A stretch of 64,000 nucleotides of DNA, taken from Narcine bancroftii. Taxonomy: Eukaryota. Positions 24,240 through 36,383 of the stretch are shown here, piece after piece. The stretch's first letter is position 1. Each line of letters begins with the position of its first letter. The notes under the pieces are model-generated. The model saw nothing but the letters and a program-made list of their open reading frames with translations. It was not told where the DNA came from and did no database searches. The DNA lies in assembly GCF_036971445.1 (NCBI RefSeq), contig NC_091472.1, positions 52,452,001 to 52,516,000 of the forward strand. The letters run 5' to 3'. The position numbers were made by a program, and so were the translations under genes.

Positions 24240-24490
24240 TGTTTTTTTATTTAGACGTACAGCATGGTAATATTTTGTCCCACAAATTATTGCCACCAAA
24301 TTTACACTCAGTTAATCTACAAATCCGGTATGTTTCGAATGGTGGGAGGAAACTAGAGCCCCTAGGAAAAACCCACGCAGACATACGGAAAAAGTACATG
24401 GCCCTAACAGACAGCATGGGTTTCAAACCCTGTCCTGATCACTGGTACTGTAAAGGTGTTGTGCTAACTGCTACGTCATACGTGCCTCCC
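24240..24490 (-). mobile_element. SINE, same family as 640-835
   Basis: Reverse-complement core ggtgggaggaaactagagcccctaggaaaaacccacgcagaca. Confidence 0.6.
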
Positions 24491-24859
24491 TGACTTCCAA
24501 TTTGCTGGGACTTTTGCCATGTCTTTCAGTAACCCAGAATGCATTCTCCAGTAATGTAATTACAGTGCTATCATGCTTCATTGGCAGAAGTAGGCAGTGG
24601 AGCTAGGGTGAGGGATCAGAGGGCAGGTTGGGCAGGTAACTGTCAGAGGATTACTTTTGGCTTGGTTGAGGAAAGGATTGGGTGATATTTATGCTCTAGG
24701 ACATTGTAATGGTTAGTGTTGGGGCATGGGAATGAAGCACCTGAGGTATTCCATGTAAGTACCTTACTTAAAGTGGATCTATGAAAATTTGCTTCTGCAT
24801 CAATAGCTTACAACAGAATGGATATGCTTTGGTGGCATGCAGCCACTGCACTGTTCTGG

Positions 24860-25565
24860 CACCTTATTCCATTGTCTGGATTGACCCACAGAAGGAAAAT
24901 TGTGGACCATGCAACTTGCAGCAAGGTCAAAATTTTATACTTGGAATGCATTGGACAAATGGTGCAAGTTAGGGCAGTATGATAAAGGGGGAGGACCAAA
25001 TGGGGGACCACCCTCCCAACTACCTGTCTATTTGGGAAGGAGAAGCAGGAGAAACAATCCATGGGGAGGGGGTGACCATGGTGGCGGACCAATGAGGGGT
25101 TCTGCAGCTGAAGAACACACGGGCTGACTCAAGGCAAGGAACCTGCACAGGCTGCGGACTGCTGGTGACTGTGGTCGAGGGATTCACACCAGGCTACGGA
25201 CTGAGACTGACTTGAGACTGGCTAAAGGGAGCAGATGCATAGTATGGGAATTAGGGTGTATGAGGATGTCCAGGGCATTGAAGGTTTCCTGATCATGTCA
25301 GAGATTTGGATATGGAGTTTGGGCTGCTTATGGTTTGGACTGGACTCTGTGTGGTTGCAGTGGCCGTGGCAGCACCGGAGGCAAATCCACGACACTCAGG
25401 AACTCTGAGGAGACTCTCTTTTGCCTCTCTTCCTCTGACTATAAGAGATACTTCAGGCAATTTCTGCTGATAGCAAATCTGTCTGCATTATGGCAGATGA
25501 AAGTGATTTCTGCAAAATATTGCAGTCTTCATTGCATGACAATAAAGGAACCATGAATAAAGAAC
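24860..25565 (+). repeat. Unclassified interspersed repeat (second copy ~35240-36330)
   Basis: Both copies share blocks (cacaggctgc..gagactggct..ttcctgat..ggtttg.actgga.tctg..caaatcca.gacact) and end in acaataaa plus short tandem tails, like a non-autonomous LINE derivative. Confidence 0.5.
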
Positions 25566-26189
25566 CTTTTAAGATTAGCAAGCTTGTTAAGACAAAACAT
25601 TTTTTCTATGAATTATTAATGTCATCAGCTTTTTATATTGGCATCCAATCTGGATATTTTGAAAAGTTGTGTTTTATTTTCCATAATCTAGTCATTTTAA
25701 GGCCATTTAAGGCTGGGGATTGAGTTCTTTAAAAGAAGTCCAGGTACGACCCCTGGAGGGCCACCTCTGAAGCAAAGTGTCAATTCCAGAGGAAGCTAGA
25801 GACAGAGACAGATACATGCCAACTATGGCAGGGAGTGCAGACCATTAAAGCCTACAAAGTGAAGGTGAACACTATAGAGGGCTGTGATGATTCACTACCC
25901 AATGAACTGAACACCTTCTATGTCTTCTCTGAGAAGAAGAACCGAACAATGCCTACTAGAATCCTGAAATGACTGAGGACTCTTTGATACTGTCTCTGAG
26001 GGCAACGTCAGAATATCATTCAAGAGGGTGAACCTTTGCAAGTAGTCAAGCCCTGACGGCATACCTGGCATGGTACTGAAAATCTGCACTTACTAACTAG
26101 TTAGAGTGTTCACATACATTTTCAACCTCTCATTGTGGCAGTCAGAGGTTTCCACCAGCTTCAAAAGGGCGTCAATCATCCCATAGTAG

Positions 26190-26877
26190 TGTTAGAAATT
26201 AAAGTACCTTTAAAGAAATTGCTCGAGACAAAAATTGAGAACAAAGAACATTTATTACAACAACAATGCAAAGTTGGGTGCTTCCCCTTACCCTGGGAAT
26301 ACACACACATACTGGGGCTCACCCAACTTTTATACAGTCAATTTTAGTATCAGAGTGCCCTCCCCCTTACATTCTTCTGCCCCCTGGATGGGTTTGGCAT
26401 AGGTAATCCTTCCTGCCTACGTGCAGTTTCAGTACACTTGGAGGACCAGGGGGTATCCTGTGGGTGTCCCATCATGTCATTGTCCTTATTCACACCTTCC
26501 TGATTCTCGGGGCTACAATCTCTTGGTATGCGGAGTTGACTCATTCTATCTAGGGTTGGCTAATTTCATATGTATAAATCTGTGTATGGTTAGCTAATTA
26601 GATATGTAGGACTTGGTACTTCTGTCCAGGGCTAGGAGACCTTTATCTGATCCAGACTACCTCAACTTCCTACATTCTATTGTACCTTACCATTCCTTTT
26701 CTTAGTCTTATGGTCTTGTCACAAAGACTAGAAGATTCTTATGTTAATCGTGCTGACTCTGCTTTCCTGCATCCTAACCCCCAAGCTTATCCTGTTTGTA
26801 CTGGTTACAGCCATTAACTGATGAATTTTAGTTTCTTCCATGTTCATAATTTTAGATCAATTTTCCCATCTCTCACA
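26190..26877 (-). repeat. ERV-B 3' LTR
   Basis: tgttagaaa...tctcaca. Two substitutions seen versus the 5' LTR (26225, 26345). Confidence 0.96.
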
Positions 26878-27190
26878 ATCCTCACTTTTCTTTTAGATCA
26901 GTAATACTGATCTTTCAAGTGTAAGGTGTTGTTTTACCCAGCTGGTCAATAACCGAATTGTAATCTCTGTGTAAAGTCTTTAGGTAGGGGAGCACCATGA
27001 AGGTCAGAGTAGCGAGTCCAGCTGCTTATTAGGGTTGCGAGTATCAGGCTCCAGTTCTCAGTAAAGAGTCTAGTCCATCCCACATCAGTCCGAAGTTGCC
27101 ACGTCTGAACATGGGCATGGGCAGATTCACGTTGAAACATTGAAGCAGTGTCTTTTAACCACCCGACTTTTGTAAGCATTGTCCTGACGA

Positions 27191-27273
27191 AGTCTGTGAG
27201 AAACGCTGCCTTCAGCAGCGAACGAGTAGCAGTCTGTGAGAAACGCTGCCTTCAGCAGCGAACGAGTAGCAGT
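27191..27273. repeat. Exact 40-bp tandem duplication
   Basis: agtctgtgagaaacgctgccttcagcagcgaacgagtagc at 27191 and 27231. Confidence 0.95.
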
Positions 27274-27388
27274 AGTCAGGCGGTTCCGTTGAATTGTGGC
27301 TAGTATCTGATGTCCTCTTCAGCCCCGAACCCTAGGGCCACCGATCTCCGAAGGCTGTCTGGAGCCTGATATTAAAGTGTCAAGCAGC

Positions 27389-27820
27389 TCACGTTGTTGG
27401 TAACTGGTGCTCCCCTTCACGGGGTGATGAAAAGAGACCAAGCTGGGGGGGGATTGTTTCTTGTGATTTAACTGTGTGTTGCAGCTTGTCTGCTAACATT
27501 AGCATATGTATTAACTCTCTCTCTCTGCGACATGTACAATCCTGACTACCATTCTGTCTGTCTTTGTCCCACCATGTCCTTTGTGCTATCGCCTTAAAAC
27601 TCCTGTCTTTAATACCTGTGTAGGCTAAGATACAAATTAGATGTACTCCACTAAAGCTGTTCAGTTCCCCTGGTCCGTATTGGAATCCCTTGTTAACCCA
27701 TATCCCACTATGACTATACATTAAATCTATGCCCTGTCTACATTCTAAAGGAGCACAATTGTAACCTCTGCTGCCCCTATTCCAGGAGGACTTAAAACAT
27801 AGCGAGTAATGAAGTGACAT
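27389..27820 (-). pseudogene. Probable env SU remnant
   Basis: Cys/Trp-containing 143-aa ORF at the env position, downstream of integrase. No TM motifs seen. Confidence 0.4.
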
Positions 27821-27934
27821 AAACAGTTAACAAACAATACCCCAATAAATGAATAAACAGTTAAAAAAATAAACAGTTAAAAATACAACAATAAATGTAT
27901 AAACAGTTAAAAAAATACAACAATAAATGTAACA

Positions 27935-28185
27935 TTACGGCACTTTGTCACGGCGCAGTGTAAGTTTCAGGTCTGAAGGATGAGGAACTGCACGCCAGGT
28001 TGAGGGTTGAATCTGTGTGTCGTGATGTTGTGGTTCAGAAGCTGGTTTAATTCTTTGAATGTGGGTCCAGCCTTTCTCTCTTGTTCTTACTGCGGTGTCT
28101 GTAATTAAAAGTACACAGAAGGGACCATCCCAGGCAGGTTTTAGTTGATCCTCTTGCCATGCTTTTACATATAACCAATCACTAG
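27935..28185 (-). pseudogene. pol: Integrase C-terminal remnant of ERV-B
   Basis: DWLYVKAW..LKPAWDGPFCVLLITDTAVRTREKGWTHIQRIK. Confidence 0.85.
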
Positions 28186-28469
28186 ATTTTAATAAAATGA
28201 ATAACAATCTGACTTTCCTTTGTGTTAGTGTAAAAATTGTAAAATGAAACACAAACCATATTTGCATGGGTTTTGAATATGTTAGACCTTATTAAAATGC
28301 AGTTGGAGCTGCTTGTCTGTATGGGGCACAACCCTCCAATTTGTTAGAGTACATAACAGACATTGTAGCACAAGAGCCTCTGCAAGAGAACTTGAAACAT
28401 ATTCAACCTTTAGTTCTGCCTTAAGTAAAATGCCTTGTGCCACAGCTCACAACCATATTCCACATAATA

Positions 28470-28610
28470 ACCATATAGCAATAACAGTACAGAAACAGGC
28501 CATATTGGCCCTTCTAGTCCGCACCGATTTACATGATACTCCAACTAGTTCAACCTACCTACTCCCTGTCCATAACCCTCCAACCCCCTCACATCCATGT
28601 ACTCATCAGT
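28470..28610 (-). mobile_element. CR1 3' tail fragment inside ERV-B
   Basis: Matches the CR1 tail at ~14305-14410 (cagtacagaaaca..cctacct.ctccctgtccataa.cctccaa.cccctcacatccat). Confidence 0.75.
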
Positions 28611-29072
28611 GCCACTGTAATATAGTTGAACTAACCGCTACACTACCCAAAGTGAGACAAGAGCCCATGCATTTTCTGACTAAAGGTCACAAGTGCAGCC
28701 AACAGACTACTTCAAGGCACTTTCAGCCTTGCTCCTCTGTGCAGCCATGTAATCTTTGAGAAGAGGCAAACATAACCAAGGGCATTAAAAGGGTAAAAAT
28801 CTGGCAATTTTCTCTCCACAGAGAGCATTGAGGAGCCTGGAACCGATTGTTGATTTTGTAAAATGAAGTTGAACAGGCTTGTCCACATTTTCAGACTGCT
28901 TGTGCAGTGAGTGCCATACACCATGGTCTTCTGATTCATTGGTGAGGAGGTGATCAGTAAGATGCAGCAGTGGAAGCGCTTGCTCAAAGGGTGGAGGAAA
29001 ATTAGACTTAGACCTGGATTTGTCAGAATGATAAGAGTTTATCTAAAGCTGGCTTTAGATAGAAGAACATCA

Positions 29073-29403
29073 CAGGTGCTCCTCAATTTACGATAGGGTT
29101 GCGTTCCAGCAGACCCAGCGTAAGTTGAAAAAAAATCTTAATTGGAGACGTACCTTGTCTAACATTAACAGCACTGTATCAGTCCTCATACTGATCTCAC
29201 TACCCTGCTCTCTCCCAACAGTCCCTGTAAGCTTTCCGAAAATGTGATTAACCAACGAGGCTACAAAAAATTCACCTTAGAGAAATTATCAAAGTTTATT
29301 GGAAAAATCAATGATGCTTGTGATGACCTTTAACACATTATATGAAAGTAAATGACAGTCATGCTATTGTGTCATCGTAAAATCATAAGTAGGGGAGCAC
29401 CTG
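29073..29403. mobile_element. Tigger/pogo-like non-autonomous DNA transposon inside ERV-B
   Basis: Imperfect TIRs caggtgctcctcaatttacgat / atcataagtaggggagcacctg. TA follows the right end and CA precedes the left end. Confidence 0.75.
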
Positions 29404-30499
29404 TATTACCTTTCATACTTTTGCAATGTTGATTGCACACACAATCATTTAAGTACTGGCTAGTTTCTATAATAATGCACTTAGAGTTTAGCTGCATGAA
29501 TCCTGGAGCTTGTGGAGTCATTAGTGAATCAAGAAATATTGGTGCCCTGGCAATTTCTCTGTACCATGTCAATTTCCCAGTCCTGAAGCCGGGACGTAGT
29601 GAATAGTATCAGGTACAAGATCTGTGAGTAATTAATGCTATTATTAATCCTATGCGCCCAATTGTTCTGAACGATGCCACCAATTTAAATCATATTCCAC
29701 CTATTGCAGTACTCACACACCACCATAGACCAGTTCGCAGGTTTATTTCTCCATTAAGCTGAATCCAGTCGCGCAGGGTTTACCTCCGTGATTATTTACA
29801 ATGTAACTTCCGCACTACCGGATTTAAATATAAACCTGATGAATGGGGAAAGTTATCATGAATTAAATAACAGCGGCAATACAGAGAAATTGTGTTGAGG
29901 CATTAATTTCACTCCGGAGGAAAATGCACCAGAGAAATGAATGATTAAACTTATAGGAATCCCCATAGGAATCCCCAGAGGTATCTTTATTCTCCATAGG
30001 TGGGTGATCTTTAAACTCACGGACCTTGACTGCTGAATGTGTAGAAGAAATACCTCTAACTGCAAGACAAGAGCCTGAAGCCTCAATTTCAAGTGCCACA
30101 GTGCACTTAAAGGGACATGCACACTCCTCCTTCAACTGGCTGATCCAGCCACTTTACACATCAGATCCTTTCTTTATCTTACATACACTTAAAATAAGAT
30201 GTGTCGAACTCACCCTATTTGCGCAAACATTTCTCCCTGCAAATGTTATAACATCACTCAACTCTCAGGTACTCCCTGTGCAAAATCACATTTGAATACA
30301 ATTTATTTCATAAATTGGAATTAACTGGTAGTTAAATTCGCTAATTCTACAGTATTGAAAAACGATCATTTATGACATTTAATTTTTAGCATGAATTTTA
30401 ATCAATATTGGTCAGTGACTGAAGTGGGAAGTCATGATTTATGAAATTATCTCTGGTCTCTACTCTCCCACTCCCTGCACTTCTCCCAACATTCAGGAG

Positions 30500-31630
30500 C
30501 TGGCACACAGTCCCTGCCTTTTTCCATGTTACTCATCTACTATTACTTTAACTGCTTGCATCAAAATGTTAGCCTTTGCTTTCTGCTTATCCTCAGATGT
30601 CTGGACAAATGCTTTTTGTGTGATCTGTAGAAGCTGGGTTATTCCCTGCTCATGCCAATTTTCTGTCTTTTGTAATTTTCTCCTAATGTCTGGGGCTGAG
30701 TTGGTAACAAAACCTGTTAGTACCAATTGTTCCCCTGCTGGGGATTCTATGTCGAGACCCCCATATTATATATATATTTGGTCCCAAAAATTGGTCTAAC
30801 TGTTCGGCACATCCCTGGGGATCTTCTATCAGGGAGATTAATTCTTTCTTGAAATTACGTACTTCAGTGCTGGTCAGGGGCACATTTACGAACCCCAGAC
30901 CTTCTCCCACGGGAACCTCCCGCAGGGGTCGCATCCAGCTAATTTCTGGTTTCTTAGATTTGTGTTCCTGTTCCCTGAGAAGTGAATCGCAGGGTTCTGC
31001 CACTTCTTCCTGAGGGATCTCACGCTGTTCTGAATTACAATGTTCTACCTCTACTGTTAACGGAGGTGGTAATCGAGCGCTTTGTGAGCGAGTCACCATA
31101 CCACTCCGGTTCTCCTCTTTCTTCTCTAGTGGTGGGGGAGGAGGGGGAGGTGCAGAAGGGTAGGTCATAGGAGGGGAAGGAAAGATAGGAGCCGGCATAG
31201 GAGGAACATAAGGTGGAGGGAGGGAATGTAACACATCCCAACCCTGTGATTCAGGGACAAAAGGTTCCTCCTCTCTCTTATCCCTGAATTCTTTCTCATT
31301 CAAAACCAGTTGTTCAATGGGTCCCTTGAGCCAGCAGGCTGCATATTCCCTGCTCTCAACATTGTCTTTCTGGTTTTGATAGAGCCAGATGTTCAAAGCT
31401 TGACACATCCATTCATCCTCGGATCCGAACTTTGGCCAGTACACGGAGCTCCCTTTAACCGGGTATTTAACCCATTCAATACAACAATACCTGACCATTG
31501 TCAGTTTGTCTTTCCCACGGGTCTTTCCTGTGCCCCACTCAGATAACATCAACCCAAGCGGGCTGTACGTAGCTATCTGGTGTTCACATCCTGAACCAGG
31601 ACTCTCTTCCTTGCTGCTCATTATTCCCAT
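30500..31630 (-). pseudogene. gag: Gag (MA-p12-CA start open; CA internally deleted; no zinc knuckle)
   Basis: MG start, SPLGLML..WPKFGS matrix, PPPY/PSAP, PLREVP..FVNVPLTSTEVRNFKKE. The frame breaks at a TA run (~30765-30777) and resumes as FVTNSAPDIRRKLQK. Confidence 0.88.
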
Positions 31631-31835
31631 ACTTATAAACAAGTAAAATTACTCTTACCGAGTTCCAGTAGCAATGCTCTAGCGCGCTTCCTTCCGTCGT
31701 TTGTTCTCAATGCCTCTTCTCGGATATCACTCGCTTCTTCCACTGACCAGCCACCCGTCGCCCGTGAGTCCAGCTGAATCAGCCGGGGTGCACCTACTCT
31801 CGTCGTCGGGGTACTCTGTCAGTGGAGGGAGTGTG

Positions 31836-31853
31836 ATCCCGGACGAGCTCCCA
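31836..31853 (-). other. Primer-binding site, tRNA-Pro-like (1 mismatch)
   Basis: TGGGAGCTCGTCCGGGAT versus the MLV tRNA-Pro PBS TGGGGGCTCGTCCGGGAT. Confidence 0.88.
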
Positions 31854-31855
31854 TT

Positions 31856-32543
31856 TGTTAGAAATTAAAGTACCTTTAAAGAAATTGCTCAAGACAAAAA
31901 TTGAGAACAAAGAACATTTATTACAACAACAATGCAAAGTTGGGTGCTTCCCCTTACCCTGGGAATACACACACATACTGGGGCTCACCCAACTTTTATA
32001 CAGTCAATTTCAGTATCAGAGTGCCCTCCCCCTTACATTCTTCTGCCCCCTGGATGGGTTTGGCATAGGTAATCCTTCCTGCCTACGTGCAGTTTCAGTA
32101 CACTTGGAGGACCAGGGGGTATCCTGTGGGTGTCCCATCATGTCATTGTCCTTATTCACACCTTCCTGATTCTCGGGGCTACAATCTCTTGGTATGCGGA
32201 GTTGACTCATTCTATCTAGGGTTGGCTAATTTCATATGTATAAATCTGTGTATGGTTAGCTAATTAGATATGTAGGACTTGGTACTTCTGTCCAGGGCTA
32301 GGAGACCTTTATCTGATCCAGACTACCTCAACTTCCTACATTCTATTGTACCTTACCATTCCTTTTCTTAGTCTTATGGTCTTGTCACAAAGACTAGAAG
32401 ATTCTTATGTTAATCGTGCTGACTCTGCTTTCCTGCATCCTAACCCCCAAGCTTATCCTGTTTGTACTGGTTACAGCCATTAACTGATGAATTTTAGTTT
32501 CTTCCATGTTCATAATTTTAGATCAATTTTCCCATCTCTCACA
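31856..32543 (-). repeat. ERV-B 5' LTR
   Basis: Direct repeat of 26190-26877, with TATAAAA and AATAAA on minus. Confidence 0.96.
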
Positions 32544-34404
32544 GTAGTGTAGGTTGCCTCAGCGACTACCTCCTGGGAGCACTAACTTCTACTGTGATGG
32601 AATGGTTTGAGAGGCTGGTCATAGCCAGATTTAACACAAACCTGAGAAAGATCTGGACCCACTAAAATTGACCTATCGTCACAATCGCTCCACAGCAGAT
32701 GCATTATTGGTGGCTCTCCACTCAGCTCTGGATCACCTCAAAAACAGCAGCATACATACGATTGCTCTTCATAGACTACAGCTTGGCCTTTATTCCCTCA
32801 GTGCTAGTCTAACTCTAGGCCTCTGTACCCAACTTTGCAACTGGATCCTTGACTTTCTCATTGGAAGACCACAGTCACTACAAATTGGAAACAATGTTCC
32901 TCCTCTCTGATTATCAACATGGGCATACCTCAAGGATGTGTGCTTAATCCACTGCTCTACTCACTATACACCAATGACTGGGTGGAGAGGCACAATTCCA
33001 ATGCTATCTAGAAGTTTGCTAATGACCACAGTTTTCAGCAGAATGACAAATTGCAAAGAGGAAGCGTACAGTAGGGAGATAGATTAGCTTGTTGAATGGT
33101 GTAACAACAACAATCTTGCGTTCAACATCAGTTAAACCAAGGAGATGATTGTTGACCTCAGGAGAAAGTCAGGGAACACAACCCAGTCCTCATCGAGGGC
33201 TCAGTACGGAGAGGGTCAAGCACTTCAAATTCCTGAGTGTCAACATTCTCCAAGGACCTGTCCTAAAACTTCCATGATGATGCAATCATAAAGAAGGCTC
33301 ACCAGAGGCTACTTTTCATGCACAACTATTGCTATTTTATTTTTTATAGTAATGTTTTATGATGGTTATAATATGAATGTTTGGACCATGATGCTGCCAC
33401 AAAGCACTGAATTTCATGACTTCTTCATGACAATACATCCTGATTCTGATTTTATTGGTTTATTTGAAATTAGCCTGTTCCCTGTGCTAGTTGCTGTAGT
33501 TGAAATTGTTATCCTTTTTCTTGGAGAGACTTTGATAATTTCATAAACATCAAATTCATCACAAACTTGTTCTCCTGCTGTCCAGTTTTGAATAATTTTA
33601 AACTTTTATGGGATTCTGTATCATTTTAATCTTTGTTATGCATCAGATCTTTTTGAGCTACTTCAGCAAAAAATAAGTGTGGAATAAAGATTTTCGTTCT
33701 CTTCAGTTACATGTTCGCCTATAGGGACAGTTATCCAGCTGAGAGCAATCCCATGAATTTTCATTCAAAGTGCTTTTCAGCATTTAATTTCTTTTTTTTT
33801 ATGAACAAATTGACATACCAAGTTTGGTTCTACTAAAGTAAGGGTTAGCATCTAATTTAATTCAAATCTGGCCACTGATATTTTGGGGGTTAAGCTTTCA
33901 AATATCTACAAAATTAAATCTTGAGTCTGAATACTGAGATGGACAAAATCTCAGATTTTAAGTAGAGTCCACCCGAGTGATCAGTGTAACTAACCAAAGA
34001 GTTCTGGCCCTGATATCCATGTAAACCTTAAAAATTTCAGCCTTACTCTACACCACGGATGATCTCTGCTGCATTGAATTTCAGTGTTAGGCATCAAGAT
34101 TTGCTCTGAAATTAGCTGTTGGAGGCATTTGGGTTGCATTCATGAATTGATTGTCTTTCTCAAAATTCTTGCAATACTCAGTAAGTGCAAATGGCAATGA
34201 TTGGACTGTCGAATTACATGACAATAAGTGGAGTCTTAAAAAGTCTCCATCATTTCATGAATTTGATTATTCACATCATGCAATGTCAAACATAATTTCT
34301 CTTTCCTTCAAGGAAATATTTTTCTCTACAATTTTCATTCCTATAGAAGCTTTAATGTGGGAATAGTCTGAAAACATTTCACAGAAGCACAATTAAGATG
34401 TTTT

Positions 34405-34660
34405 AAACATTTAGACATTCAGCATGGTAAAGGCCATTTCAGGCCATAAGTCTGGGCTGCCCAATTTACACCTAATTAACCTATACCCCCCCCCCCCTGT
34501 ACGTTTCAAAAGGTGTGAAGAAACCGGAACCCCAGGGAAAATTCATGCAGACTCGGGGAGAATGTACAAATTCCTTACAAACAGCACAGATTTGAACCCC
34601 GGTGCTATTTGCTGGTGCGATAAAGGCGATGCACTAATCGCTACGCAAACAAGGCTGCCC
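34405..34660 (-). mobile_element. SINE, same family as 640-835
   Basis: aaaccggaacccagggaaaattcatgcagactcggggagaatgtacaaattccttacaaacagc core. Confidence 0.6.
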
Positions 34661-34696
34661 CAGACTTTTGATTAGCATCAGAGATTTCAAGCGAAG

Positions 34697-35084
34697 AGCT
34701 TTATTTTCCTCTTTTAGATTGCAGGGAGAAATGTTCCTCTCTCTACCCGAATGAGAAGTGGCCATGAATTTCAAGAACTGTGGTCACTGCTGGAGGAACT
34801 CAGCAGCTTCATCCGCATCAATGGGAGAAAAAGAATGGTCAATGTTTTGAGATGAAACCCTTTATTGAGATTGGTTAAATATAGTGGAGAAGCTTTCGTT
34901 GTTACATTTAAATGATCTCAGCCTGAAATGTTGATTCCCCCCCCCCACCCCTCCCAACACTGATGAGGCTTGAACTGCTGAGCTCCTCCAGCAGTGACCA
35001 CAGTTCTTGAAATTCATGGCCACTTCTCATTCGGGTGGAGAGAGGAACATTCCTCTCTGCAATCTAAAAGAGGAAAATAAAGCT
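34697..35084. repeat. Inverted repeat, 110-bp arms (34697-34806 / 34975-35084)
   Basis: 4 mismatches counted by manual alignment. The spacer is a decayed Penelope/MER6-like hairpin element. Confidence 0.92.
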
Positions 35085-35561
35085 GTTTATTCTTTAGATT
35101 TCACTTTAGATTTTAGCATCTGCAGTCTCCCGTATATTTCCATGTTTTTATTGCTGGCCCCTTGAAAGTGAATGTCACAGTGAACTTCAACATTTTATTT
35201 TTTTGACCTTTCTAAAAATAAATGTGAGCACTGTTGGAATTGCTGTAAAGGCAACCTTGCCACTGGTGTGGACCCGGGAGAGCAGGGAGTAGAGACACGG
35301 CACTGCTCCGCAACGTCCTACCTCCCGAATGCTCATGGCTCCATACAGACTTCAAATGGCTTGTTAAATGGTGTTTATTTTATAAACTCCTGCAACTGCA
35401 GGGTTCGTGCCTTAGATGGCAGTGCCTGTGCTTGGCAAGGGGTTGTGGACTCCGGGGGAGTAGCAAACCAGGGTAAAGCATCAGAAACAGGGAGAACACT
35501 CCACCCCTATTCCCCCCCCACCCCCCCTTGAGAAGGAGATGCATGGGAGATGACCCTGGGT

Positions 35562-35870
35562 CACTGGTTTTCAAACTGCTCCCTTAAACTCAGATTGCAC
35601 CTAACGATTATTAAGGGATTGTTTAAGGTGGTGGAAAGAAAAATGTTTAAAAACTACTGTTTTAATCATACCTGGTTGACTTGTTGTATGCACGGTTTCT
35701 TAACTCCAAAGGAAATGGGCCAATGACAATTTTTCTCAAGCAGTGGTTCTCAATCTTCCCTTCCTACTCACATATTATCTTAATCAATCCCTTACCAATA
35801 ACAGAGCACTTATGGCATAGGGATTGCTCAAGGTGGAATGTGATTGAGGAGGGCAGTTTGACAGCCACTG
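35562..35870. mobile_element. hAT-like MITE, homologous to 1094-1355
   Basis: Ends cactggttttcaaactgc / gcagtttgacagccactg, with an internal cagtggttctcaa subunit. Confidence 0.6.
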
Positions 35871-36383
35871 CCCTAAAGGGAAGGTGACCAGCAAGAGGCT
35901 TTACAGATGATGGACCCACACAGCTGCTGGTGACTTATGGTTGAAGGACCCACACAAGTTGCATTCTGCAAGAGACTGGCTCATGGAAAGCAGGCATCTG
36001 AATCAAGATTTAACAGGGTGATGAGGGAAAGAAAGTATCCCAATGTGCCTCAGTCTTCCTGATTATATCAGAGGTTTGGATCTGAAGCTTGGTTGCTGAT
36101 GGTTTGAACTGGAGTCTGCACACCAGCCAAGGCTGATGGAAGGGACAAATCCAAGGACACTGTCTCTGAAGGACTTTGTCTTCTCTTTCTTCTGTTGTTA
36201 GGAGCATCAGGTAATGATCATGGTGACTCTTTGCATTACAGCAGGCAAATTTTGAAGTATATCATGAATATTGCATTTTAAATGCATATTTATGTAACAA
36301 TAAAAGAAACCTTTGCACCTTTTGAACCCTTTCTAAGTAGCAGTAGATGATGTAACCAAGCACTTACCACTTACCAATGGATT

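Larger units (their letters stand above)
26190..32543 (-). mobile_element. ERV-B: young non-autonomous gamma-like ERV lacking pro/RT/RNase H
   Basis: 688-bp LTRs offset by 5666 bp. TSD gtag at 26186-26189 and 32544-32547. PBS, PPT (26878-26895), and gag, integrase-tail and env remnants are present. Confidence 0.96.
25730..33450 (+). mobile_element. Rex1/Babar-like LINE split by ERV-B (25730-26189 and 32544-33450)
   Basis: Decayed RT motifs are continuous across the insertion: PT.FK.ASIIP, then YRHNRSTADA, LCNWILDFL.GRPQ, G.PQGCVL.PLLYSLYT. Confidence 0.8.
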
